Source: an uncultured Lachnospiraceae bacterium (GTDB taxonomy: Bacteria; Bacillota; Clostridia; Lachnospirales; Lachnospiraceae). Taken from it: a stretch of 64,000 nucleotides of DNA. Location of the stretch: contig CAZUGH010000002.1 in NCBI GenBank assembly GCA_964619785.1, forward strand, positions 11,355 to 75,354, read 5' to 3'. Of the stretch, positions 43,277-51,739 are shown in pieces; position 1 is the first letter of the stretch, and each line of letters begins with the position of its first letter. The notes below the pieces were generated by a model. It made no database searches and was not told the origin of the DNA. It was given only the letters and a program-made list of their open reading frames with translations. Position numbers and translations under genes: made by a program.

Positions 43277-44181
43277 GTAAACTTTTGCAGACAGAATTTG
43301 CTGGTGTGAGTTTTGATAATCCGGTAACGACAGCTTCGGGCACATTTGGCTCAGGGCTTGAGTATGAAGATTTTGTTGATTTGACAAAATTAGGTGCTGT
43401 AACTACCAAGGGTGTTGCAAATGTACCATGGCCAGGTAATAAAACGCCACGAATTGCAGAGACACACAGTGGAATGCTCAATGCGATTGGATTGCAAAAC
43501 CCAGGTATTGATACCTTTATTCACCGTGATTTGGCTTACTTGAATCAGATTGGTGCCAGAGTGATTGTGAATGTGTGTGGTCATTCTACGGAGGAGTACC
43601 TTGAGGTGGTAGAACGGCTGGCAGAAGAGAAAGTGGATTTACTTGAAATCAATATCTCATGCCCGAATGTAAAAGAAGGCGGCATTGCCTTTGGACAAAA
43701 GCCAGAGATGGCAGAGGAGATTACGAAAGCTGTGAAAAAGGTTGCGAAGCAGCCAATCATTATGAAGCTCAGTCCGAATGTGACAGATATTACCGAGATG
43801 GCCAAAGCAGTTGAAGCTGGTGGTGCAGATGCGGTATCGTTAATTAACACATTGACCGGTATGAAGATTGATGTGAAACGACGTGCTTTTGCGATTGCTA
43901 ACCAAACAGGTGGTATGAGTGGACCTTGCGTGAGACCAGTTGCAATACGAATGGTTTATCAGGTCGCACAGGCTGTACAGATTCCAATCCTTGGTATGGG
44001 TGGCATTGAGAATACAGAAGATGCATTGGAATTTATGATGGCAGGTGCATCGATGGTTGCCGTAGGAACAGCCAATTTCTTTAATCCGATGGCAACAAGT
44101 GAGATTATCGATGGCTTAGAAGAGTATGCAAAACAAGAGAAACTTACTAATATACATGACATTGTTGGTTGTGTGAGATAA
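43273..44181 (+). CDS. pyrD: Dihydroorotate dehydrogenase B catalytic subunit (class 1B)
   Basis: NISCPNV active-site Cys, GLQNPG, GGMSG, GGI. 4-nt overlap with pyrK. Confidence 0.93.
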   Translation: MSKLLQTEFAGVSFDNPVTTASGTFGSGLEYEDFVDLTKLGAVTTKGVANVPWPGNKTPRIAETHSGMLNAIGLQNPGIDTFIHRDLAYLNQIGARVIVNVCGHSTEEYLEVVERLAEEKVDLLEINISCPNVKEGGIAFGQKPEMAEEITKAVKKVAKQPIIMKLSPNVTDITEMAKAVEAGGADAVSLINTLTGMKIDVKRRAFAIANQTGGMSGPCVRPVAIRMVYQVAQAVQIPILGMGGIENTEDALEFMMAGASMVAVGTANFFNPMATSEIIDGLEEYAKQEKLTNIHDIVGCVR

Positions 44182-44202
44182 GAAAACAGGGGGAATGAAT
44201 TT

Positions 44203-44877
44203 ATGGAGAGTTATAAGCAGGAATTTATCGAGTTTATGGTAGATTCAAAAGTTTTGAAGTTTGGTGATTTTACATTAAAGAGTGGTAGAAAATCTCCATT
44301 TTTTATGAATGCTGGTTTATATGTGACAGGTGCACAGCTTCGTAAGCTAGGTGCATATTATGCCAAAGCAATCTATAACAAATACGGTGATGATTTTGAT
44401 GTGTTATTTGGACCTGCCTATAAAGGTATTCCGCTGAGTGTCGCAACAACAATGGCATTTGATGAATTATATGGTAAGGAAATTCGTTACTGTTCGAATC
44501 GTAAAGAGGTAAAAGATCATGGTGATACCGGTATTTTATTAGGTAGTCCAATCTATGATGGCGATAAGGTTGTTGTAATCGAGGATGTAACTACTTCCGG
44601 CAAGTCAATGGAAGAGACGATTCCTATTGTGCGTGCCCAGGCAGATGTTGAGATTGTTGGCTTGATGGTTTCTTTAAATCGTATGGAACGAGGCAAAGGT
44701 AATCAAGGCGCGCTAGATGAAATTAAGGATCTTTATGGATTCGAGACCAATGCGATTGTAAGTATGGCTGAGGTAGTTGAGCATCTTTATAACAAGCCTT
44801 ATAAAGGACAGGTTATTATTGATGATGAGCTAAAGAATCGCATTGATGCTTATTATAATGAGTATGGTGTGAAATAA
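44203..44877 (+). CDS. pyrE: Orotate phosphoribosyltransferase
   Basis: PRPP motif VVVIEDVTTSGKS, GPAYKGIPL. Confidence 0.93.
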   Translation: MESYKQEFIEFMVDSKVLKFGDFTLKSGRKSPFFMNAGLYVTGAQLRKLGAYYAKAIYNKYGDDFDVLFGPAYKGIPLSVATTMAFDELYGKEIRYCSNRKEVKDHGDTGILLGSPIYDGDKVVVIEDVTTSGKSMEETIPIVRAQADVEIVGLMVSLNRMERGKGNQGALDEIKDLYGFETNAIVSMAEVVEHLYNKPYKGQVIIDDELKNRIDAYYNEYGVK

Positions 44878-44991
44878 AATACATTTATTTACAGAGGTGA
44901 ATGGAGGGTTTCTAGGCATCTCTGTTTTTTTGCGTCAAAATTTCGTAAGATGTGACAAAATCAGACATGTGGTTTTGTAAATGTTTGCTAA

Positions 44992-45020
44992 TTTACACCG
45001 GGTAAAAAGGGTGTTAAGAT
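44992..45020 (+). promoter_or_regulatory. Putative promoter of the Tad-like cluster
   Basis: TTTACA, 17-nt spacer, TAAGAT with an extended TG, about 30 nt upstream of ATG 45051. Confidence 0.3.
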
Positions 45021-45050
45021 AGAGCCATTCCACTTGAAAGGAGGGGCTGT

Positions 45051-45836
45051 ATGAAGATAGCCTTTTGGAGTAATTCAAGAGGAAGGAATGGGGTTACTAG
45101 CAATTTGGTGTGTATTAGTGTTTTGCTTGGTCTGCTTAAGCAGCAGAGGGCAGTATTACTTGAGAATCATTGTCATATGAATAATTTGGCTAGTGCATTT
45201 TCGGCACAATTAGAAGCTAGAGAACTATTATGTGAAACAAGTCCACTGATTGGAAAGGATGAGTGGAATCATATTCTACAAGTGGTTGGTCGAGGCTCTC
45301 TCGGACAGTCTACCATTTCTTTACTTGAAAACAATCTATTATATATCCCAGGGACTAGGAGCCTTCAGGAAGAGACCATATCAGAATGGATGCAGAAGCG
45401 GTTAGTATCCGTATTGTCTTTGATGGAGGAGTATGTAGAGAAGATATATATTGATACGGCATCAAGTCACTATGAGAGTTCTCAGATTATCTTACAAGAA
45501 GCAGATTGTGTTGTTGTGAACTTGTCTCAGAACCCACTCGTATTACAACATTTCTTTCGCAATTTTTCACAGGTTCAGAAGAAAGCATTTTATCTAATCG
45601 GCAATTACAGTGCTGATTCTATTTTCACAAAAGAACATATATGCCATAAGTATGGTATTTCAAAAAATCAACTTGGGGTTATCCCCTATCATGTACCATT
45701 CTCAGACTCGCTGGCAGAGGGCCGGCTGATTTCTTTCCTACAGGACAACTTGTATTGTAGGGAAACCAATGTAAATTATAACTTTATTCAGGAGGTTGTC
45801 GAGACTGCACAGAAGTTTCAATGTAGCTTAAATTAA
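45051..45836 (+). CDS. ParA/MinD-fold protein with degenerate P-loop (TadZ/CpaE-like, no receiver domain)
   Basis: MinD-like order of elements: KIAFWSN-SRGRNGVTS (in place of KGGVGKTT), VLLEN, IYIDTAS, ADCVVVNLSQNP, YLIGNY, LGVIPY..S..EG. The Walker A Lys is absent. Confidence 0.5.
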   Translation: MKIAFWSNSRGRNGVTSNLVCISVLLGLLKQQRAVLLENHCHMNNLASAFSAQLEARELLCETSPLIGKDEWNHILQVVGRGSLGQSTISLLENNLLYIPGTRSLQEETISEWMQKRLVSVLSLMEEYVEKIYIDTASSHYESSQIILQEADCVVVNLSQNPLVLQHFFRNFSQVQKKAFYLIGNYSADSIFTKEHICHKYGISKNQLGVIPYHVPFSDSLAEGRLISFLQDNLYCRETNVNYNFIQEVVETAQKFQCSLN

Positions 45837-45849
45837 TAGGGAGGTAGCT

Positions 45850-48798
45850 ATGAGAAGAATTCATATAGCTTTTATTTTCGCACTCTTTTTTATTATGCTG
45901 CTGCCCGGGAATCTTGCTAAAGCAGTAGATGTAAATAGTTACTCTTCGTTGAAAAAGGAGTTAGAGAAGAGTGGGAGTGCAACGGTAAATGTTACGGAGA
46001 AGATATTAATTAAGGGTGTTATTCATGTTAGGGGTACGAAGACTCTCAATGGCATGAACAATAATCTAAATCGTGATGCCACAACGGGAAAGCAGTATTA
46101 TGGTGTGTTGTTTCAGGTTGGTAAAGCGGGCGCCTACACAGGTCATCTGACAGTTAAGAATGCTGTAATTAGTGGGAATGGACAAGCAGCTTCCATGTCA
46201 GCTGGGGTTGATGGAAGATTGATTCGGGTTGTAGAGCCAGGTTCTTCCTTGGTGTTGACGGATGGTGCTGTTCTTAAGAATAATTTTAATTCGGATCGAA
46301 TAATGGATGGCGGTGGTGGAGTCACGGTACTGAATGGATGCACTGCCGAGATGAGAGGCAGTAGTCAGATTATTTCGAATCGTTCTAAGACAGGTGGTGC
46401 GGCCATTCGTGTCGAAGCCGGAGGTTCGTTTACACTGACAAACGGGTTGATTCAAGGAAACCAAGTGAATCAGTATCAGCTTGATGATATATATGGTGGG
46501 CTTGGAGGTGCCATTCACAATTTTGGTTATGTTGAGATTAAGAAAGGTGAGATTCTTGGGAATGTCGCTAACGGAGATGGTGTCAATGGTGGTCTCGGTG
46601 GTGGAATCTATAATCAAGGTGAACTTGTGATTGCGTCAGGTACGATACAAGGGAATCTGGCATCTTTAGGTGGCGGAGCTATTTATTCAAGTGGAAGTAG
46701 AAGCCTTACGCAAATAAAAGAAGGAAGTATTGTGAAAAATACTTGTGGAGATTGCGGTGGTGGCTTATTTATTAATAATGGTGGACGATTGCTTTTTGAA
46801 GGTGGTGAGATAGGTGGCAACCAGGCAGGAACGGGTGGCGGTGTGTATCTCAGTAAACAAGAGACACGAATGGAGATGAAAGGTGGATGGATTCATGGCA
46901 ATGTAGCAAGTAAGTCAACGAATCTAACAGGTGGTGGCCTTCGTGTCAATGGTGCTACAGCAGAGATTAGTGGTGGTGTGTTTGGAATCAATCGCCAGAA
47001 TAGAAAAAGCGATAATTTATGCCCGAACACAGGAAAACCGAATTATTCAAGTCTGATATATAATAGTGGCATTGTTCGTGCAACTGGTGGCAATCTATAT
47101 AGTAGTGCAGTTGGAGCAAGGGCAATTGTTAATATGGGTGAGATGGAACTAAAATTTAAACGAAATTGTGGTATTCATGGAGAGGGTGAGGTAGCAGTTC
47201 TTAATTATGCAACACTCATGTATGGGTCTATATCAGGTTCAGCACCATTAATTGATGGAAGTTTCAAAATTGGAGTCGAGAATAATCAGCAAATGGTCAT
47301 GAGACAAGGAAATATAAGCGCGAGCATAGATGGAATTAAGAATCATGGTGATCTTGAGATATATGGTGGCGCTTCTCATGGAAGACGCGGTGTCAACGCA
47401 TTGGCTGGTAGTTTGGTACTAGGTGGAAAAGTGACGATTCCATCGATTTATCTTGCGAGTGGTCAGATTGTCCACGTTGCAGGAGGAGTAGATATTAACG
47501 GGGGTTTACTTTGCCCAGACGATTATTATGAGGGTAGAGTACTTGTTCGTTCGGATATCGAAGACGCTGATTTCAACATGAAGCAGTTTCGGTTAGAACC
47601 TAAGAATCCTTATCGCATGCAAAGTGCAGGTAAAAAACTATATATTACGGTTATTCGATATATTGTGGAATTTGATAGTAATGGTGGAAAGGGCTACACA
47701 GATTCGATTGTTTCGATAGCAGGAATGCCAATTACGATGCCAAAGTGTGGATTTACTCGAAATGGCTGTGTATTCCTTGGATGGTCAAAGGTGAGGTTTT
47801 CGAAACCGGTCTTGAGTGAGAAACCAGATTATAAGGAAAAAGAGATTGTACCATCATTAGCAGATGAGAAGACAGTCATAACATTGTATGCTGTATGGGG
47901 GTCTGTTCCTACATTTAAACCAGTATATTCGGATGTGGAATTCTATCAGGGTGAATATGTTGATGAGAAGATTTTAAAGAGTCTTGTAACGGTTTATGAT
48001 GAGCTAGATGGAGATATCAGTCAAAGTGTACGAATTGAAAAGATTATATATCGAGGGGCGATTGCGTATTATCCGATTCATCTTGACACAGCAGCAAAAT
48101 ACATTGGCACAATTCAGATTCATTATAAATGTAAGAATCAAAGTGGAAGAAATACAGACTACTATTTATCGGTAAGATTGAAAGAGAATCAACCGCCTAG
48201 TATAAAAGGAAAAGATCGTTATTACTTTTTGGATGAACTAAAAGAGATGACGATTGATGAGGTGGTAGACGAACTAACTACAACTGTAGAATTTCGGGAT
48301 GACGTAGAATCTAAAGATGAATTAATGAAAGATTATTATATCAATAAGATTGATATTCCGATTGATCGAACAGGAAATCATACAGTATATATTAACGTGC
48401 GAGACCAATATGGACATCGTTTCTATATGAAACCAAATGAAAAGAAGAGGTATGGCTCAGGGAAAACAAGTGATTGTCTCTTTTTATTCCATATCATTGC
48501 TAATACACAAAATCATGATGAGTTCGCTGGGTATGTACGATTTATATCTAGTGCTCATATAGATACGCTTAGTCAATCTTCCAAATGGAGAGGTACTCAA
48601 TTAAGCCAACGAATCAAAACGTATTTTGAGAGAGAAACAGTGGGTGGTAATTGTGCTTCGATTTGGTGTTTTGATAAAACACAGATTGATGCAGTACAAG
48701 CGTTGAATGAAAGTGGTGAGGATCTGTTTGGAGAAGAGGCTAATCTGAATTTTCTCCAACGGTTTCACCCAATAATTCGAAAGGAGGATGAAGAATGA
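45850..48798 (+). CDS. Secreted 982-aa beta-helix / Listeria-Bacteroides repeat / Ig-like multidomain protein (candidate adhesin)
   Basis: Signal peptide ...PGNLAKA-VD. Eight tandem Gly-rich turns (GGxGGAI/GGGIY ... G.I.GN.A). VEFDSNGG...GFTRNGCVFLGWS...TLYAVW repeat. Two D..DGDIS-type Ig-like modules. No LPXTG motif and no C-terminal TM. Confidence 0.7.
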   Translation: MRRIHIAFIFALFFIMLLPGNLAKAVDVNSYSSLKKELEKSGSATVNVTEKILIKGVIHVRGTKTLNGMNNNLNRDATTGKQYYGVLFQVGKAGAYTGHLTVKNAVISGNGQAASMSAGVDGRLIRVVEPGSSLVLTDGAVLKNNFNSDRIMDGGGGVTVLNGCTAEMRGSSQIISNRSKTGGAAIRVEAGGSFTLTNGLIQGNQVNQYQLDDIYGGLGGAIHNFGYVEIKKGEILGNVANGDGVNGGLGGGIYNQGELVIASGTIQGNLASLGGGAIYSSGSRSLTQIKEGSIVKNTCGDCGGGLFINNGGRLLFEGGEIGGNQAGTGGGVYLSKQETRMEMKGGWIHGNVASKSTNLTGGGLRVNGATAEISGGVFGINRQNRKSDNLCPNTGKPNYSSLIYNSGIVRATGGNLYSSAVGARAIVNMGEMELKFKRNCGIHGEGEVAVLNYATLMYGSISGSAPLIDGSFKIGVENNQQMVMRQGNISASIDGIKNHGDLEIYGGASHGRRGVNALAGSLVLGGKVTIPSIYLASGQIVHVAGGVDINGGLLCPDDYYEGRVLVRSDIEDADFNMKQFRLEPKNPYRMQSAGKKLYITVIRYIVEFDSNGGKGYTDSIVSIAGMPITMPKCGFTRNGCVFLGWSKVRFSKPVLSEKPDYKEKEIVPSLADEKTVITLYAVWGSVPTFKPVYSDVEFYQGEYVDEKILKSLVTVYDELDGDISQSVRIEKIIYRGAIAYYPIHLDTAAKYIGTIQIHYKCKNQSGRNTDYYLSVRLKENQPPSIKGKDRYYFLDELKEMTIDEVVDELTTTVEFRDDVESKDELMKDYYINKIDIPIDRTGNHTVYINVRDQYGHRFYMKPNEKKRYGSGKTSDCLFLFHIIANTQNHDEFAGYVRFISSAHIDTLSQSSKWRGTQLSQRIKTYFERETVGGNCASIWCFDKTQIDAVQALNESGEDLFGEEANLNFLQRFHPIIRKEDEE

Positions 48799-48977
48799 CA
48801 GAGTTTCTTCAAGAGTATGGCAAGATTATTGTTGCTGTTCTGGTTATCTTAGCTTTGGTTGCGATTGTTGTATTATTCCGTACACCGATGTCTAATATGT
48901 TTGCCAATCTATTCAACAATTTCTTTTCTTCAGTAGGTTCAAGTGCTGGTTTGCCTGCACCAACCTTTAATCCATAA
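48795..48977 (+). CDS. Flp-like (type IVb/Tad) pilin candidate, leaderless; probable major subunit
   Basis: 60 aa starting MTEFLQEYGKIIVAVLVILALVAIVVLF. AAGGAGGA RBS. The ATG overlaps the upstream stop (ATGA). In-frame TGA 2 codons upstream. Confidence 0.55.
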   Translation: MTEFLQEYGKIIVAVLVILALVAIVVLFRTPMSNMFANLFNNFFSSVGSSAGLPAPTFNP

Positions 48978-48988
48978 GGAATTATTTT

Positions 48989-49016
48989 GCCGGGTGGATT
49001 TACCCATCCGGCCTTT
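48989..49016 (+). terminator. Hairpin after the pilin gene (possible partial terminator/attenuator)
   Basis: GCCGGGTGG-ATTTAC-CCATCCGGC (one G-U) followed by CTTT. Confidence 0.35.
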
Positions 49017-49061
49017 GAAAAAGAATACACAAGTGTGATATACACCTTAGATGGAGGACAT

Positions 49062-50126
49062 ATGAGTGATTTTCATAAAAAGTATTTATTAAATCGGGAA
49101 GATTACGGTTTGCTATATAACTATGTAGTAGATGATAATGTGACAGATATTAATTGGAATGGGAGGCAGCTGTGGATTGATGACTTGAGTAAAGGCAGAT
49201 ATCTGGCACCTGAAGTATTAGAGCCTGTATTTGTTGAGCGGTTATCTACTTTGATTTCGAATGTAGTTAGTGTCCCATATAATCGCATGAGTCCAGTTCT
49301 TGAAGCAGAGACAGAAGAGTTGAGAATTAGTATTGTGCATGGAAGTGTGGCACATTCTGGTGCAACGATTTCATTGCGTAAGATTCCTGCTGTTCGACGA
49401 ATGACGAGTGAGGATATGATTCACTCTGGATATTGCGATAAAGAGGTTCGAAACTTCCTAGTGAATTGCATTCGTGCACACTTTAATATTGCGATATGTG
49501 GCATGCCAGGTGCTGGCAAGACGGAACTTCTCAAGTTCTTGACACAATATATACCGGATACAGAACGAGTGATTACCATTGAAGACACACTAGAAATACA
49601 TTATCAGAAGATTAATCCTAACAAGGATTGTGTAGAGATGAAGGTCGCGGAGCAATTCACCTACACAGATGCAATTAAGGCGTGTCTGCGACAGCTTCCC
49701 AAGTGGATTATTCTATCAGAAGCACGCTCAACAGAGGTACGATATTTATTGGAGTGCTTTAGCACAGGTACATATGGAATGACGACGTTGCATACGGATG
49801 ATGTTCGGAATATCCCGGATCGGATAAAGAACATGGCTGGTGGTGAGATGGATGCCACACGTATTGTGAATGATACATATCGTTTTATTAATGTGGGGAT
49901 TTTAGTGAAAAGTATTGTTGAAAAGGATGGAAGAATTACAAGAAGGATTGAACAGATTGGTGTGTTTGACCGCTTCGGAGCAGATTTGATGCATGTGGTG
50001 AACCAGGTAAAGATGATTGTAGATAATGGAACCATTGTTGGTCGAGATATTGACCATAACATAGAGAGACGATTTCATGAGATGGGGATAGATAATCCGT
50101 TTGTGAGGGAGGGATTTGTTGGATAA
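49062..50126 (+). CDS. CpaF/TadA/VirB11-family type IV filament secretion ATPase
   Basis: Walker A CGMPGAGKTELL, Asp box RVITIEDTLEI, Walker B-like WIILSEARSTE, His box GMTTLHTDD. ATG 49062 is 4 nt after GGAGGA. Confidence 0.85.
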   Translation: MSDFHKKYLLNREDYGLLYNYVVDDNVTDINWNGRQLWIDDLSKGRYLAPEVLEPVFVERLSTLISNVVSVPYNRMSPVLEAETEELRISIVHGSVAHSGATISLRKIPAVRRMTSEDMIHSGYCDKEVRNFLVNCIRAHFNIAICGMPGAGKTELLKFLTQYIPDTERVITIEDTLEIHYQKINPNKDCVEMKVAEQFTYTDAIKACLRQLPKWIILSEARSTEVRYLLECFSTGTYGMTTLHTDDVRNIPDRIKNMAGGEMDATRIVNDTYRFINVGILVKSIVEKDGRITRRIEQIGVFDRFGADLMHVVNQVKMIVDNGTIVGRDIDHNIERRFHEMGIDNPFVREGFVG

Positions 50127-51435
50127 TCAATGGAGAGGTCGAATAATACGCTTTGGCATTACCGTTATTGGTGTATTGTTGGTGATGATGATTTATGAAT
50201 TGTGGTGGTGGTGTGGTCTGGGATTGGGGGTTATAGCTCTTTTTGCTGTACCACGAATGAATTATTATCGTAGAAAATCACGCGAGGAAGAGCAAGTATA
50301 TCACCAGGTGACAACATATATGGAACAACTTCTGTGTTCATATAAGAGAACAGGACAGATATTGCCTTCCTTACAGGATTGTGTGAGTATTTTTCAAGAT
50401 GATGATATGAAACAGACGATACTTAAGACAATACATGTTATGAGGACTGGAGAAGGTGTTGAGGATGGAGATATTACCAAGTCTGCTTTTGAGATTATGG
50501 AGAGAGCATATCCGAGTCGGCGTATGAAGATGATTCATAGCTTTATTTGTCAGGCAGAAGCCACTGGTGGTGAGCGAGAAGATGCATTAGATATTTTGTT
50601 AGAGGAGATTCAGCTTTGGAGACAAAGGACACAACTTTATCAGAAGAAAAAGTCATTTATTCGTATTGATACTATGATTGCCGTGGGACTCTCTGCATTG
50701 ATGTGTTATATCTCAAAGCTTTTGACGCCATCCGAATTGGGTATTCGATTACCTGAAACAATGTTATATCAGATTGCTACATCAGTTGTTTTAGGGGCAT
50801 TTGTAGGCACCATTGTATTGGTGTGGAAGAAGCTTACGGGAAGCTGGTTAGATTCAGATGAGATGGTAACGGAGAAACAAGAGCAGAGTATGGATAAGCA
50901 GTATGATATCTTGAAAGGGCATATTGAGACAAAGTCTAGAATTAAGCACAACTTGGCATTGAGAATTTGTCGACGTGAGGTTGAGAAAATATATCCTTAC
51001 TGGCTTTTATCCGTTACATTACAGATGCAGACAGAGAGTGTTTATTCGGCAATTGAAAAATCCTGTCATTCCATAGCAGGAATTTTTAAACGGGAAGTAG
51101 GAGTGTTATTAGAGGAGATATATCAGGAGCCATCTGCTTTACAACCGTACCTAAATTTTTTTCAGGAGTTATCCATACCAGAGGTACAGACAGGAATGAA
51201 AATACTTTACTCTGTTTGTCAAAACGGTTATGAGGATTCGAGAAGACAGTTGGACTTTTTGATTTCAAACAATAACCAGTGCATGGATCGTAGTCAATCT
51301 CATCATTATGAAAACCAAGTGGCGGGCCTATCAATGCTGAAGCATATGCCAATGATGATTGCATGCGTCAAGTTGTTAGCTGATTTGGTGAATTTGCTAG
51401 CACTTACCATGGGAATGTTTCAACAGATTGTTTGA
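50116..51435 (+). CDS. Polytopic membrane protein, candidate fused TadB/TadC (GspF-like) platform
   Basis: 11-nt overlap with the ATPase gene. Topology is 2 TM, then about 130 aa soluble, 2 TM, about 170 aa soluble, and a C-terminal TM. No sequence motif recognised; call rests on position and architecture. Confidence 0.45.
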   Translation: MLDNQWRGRIIRFGITVIGVLLVMMIYELWWWCGLGLGVIALFAVPRMNYYRRKSREEEQVYHQVTTYMEQLLCSYKRTGQILPSLQDCVSIFQDDDMKQTILKTIHVMRTGEGVEDGDITKSAFEIMERAYPSRRMKMIHSFICQAEATGGEREDALDILLEEIQLWRQRTQLYQKKKSFIRIDTMIAVGLSALMCYISKLLTPSELGIRLPETMLYQIATSVVLGAFVGTIVLVWKKLTGSWLDSDEMVTEKQEQSMDKQYDILKGHIETKSRIKHNLALRICRREVEKIYPYWLLSVTLQMQTESVYSAIEKSCHSIAGIFKREVGVLLEEIYQEPSALQPYLNFFQELSIPEVQTGMKILYSVCQNGYEDSRRQLDFLISNNNQCMDRSQSHHYENQVAGLSMLKHMPMMIACVKLLADLVNLLALTMGMFQQIV

Positions 51436-51463
51436 GCAACAAAATGCTCGGAAATGAGGGAGT

Positions 51464-51574
51464 ATGGAAGAATTTATAGAAGAATATGGTGAAATGTTAA
51501 TTATGACATTGATGGGCTCTGGAATGTTAGCCATTTTTATGGGACTAGCAAAGATGATTGGAGAAATGTTTTGA
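51464..51574 (+). CDS. 36-aa Flp-like mini-pilin candidate (not in the ORF track)
   Basis: Sequence MEEFIEEYGEMLIMTLMGSGMLAIFMGLAKMIGEMF. GAGGGAG RBS. In-frame TGA 3 codons upstream. Confidence 0.5.
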   Translation: MEEFIEEYGEMLIMTLMGSGMLAIFMGLAKMIGEMF

Positions 51575-51589
51575 CAGGGAGGATAGATT

Positions 51590-51739
51590 GTGAGTGAATG
51601 GATTGCAGAGTATGGACGTTTGATTATCATGGCGTTAATTGGAATTTTAATTATGTCGGTCATTATATTTATGTGGCAATATCTGGGATTTTTCATGAAT
51701 GCTTTGGGTGATTCACTGATGGGAGGGAATGCTTTGTGA
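51590..51739 (+). CDS. 49-aa Flp-like pilin candidate (not in the ORF track)
   Basis: GTG start 6 nt after AGGGAGGA. Sequence (M)SEWIAEYGRLIIMALIGILIMSVIIFMWQYLGFFMNALGDSLMGGNAL. The stop overlaps the next start (GTGA). Confidence 0.5.
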   Translation: MSEWIAEYGRLIIMALIGILIMSVIIFMWQYLGFFMNALGDSLMGGNAL

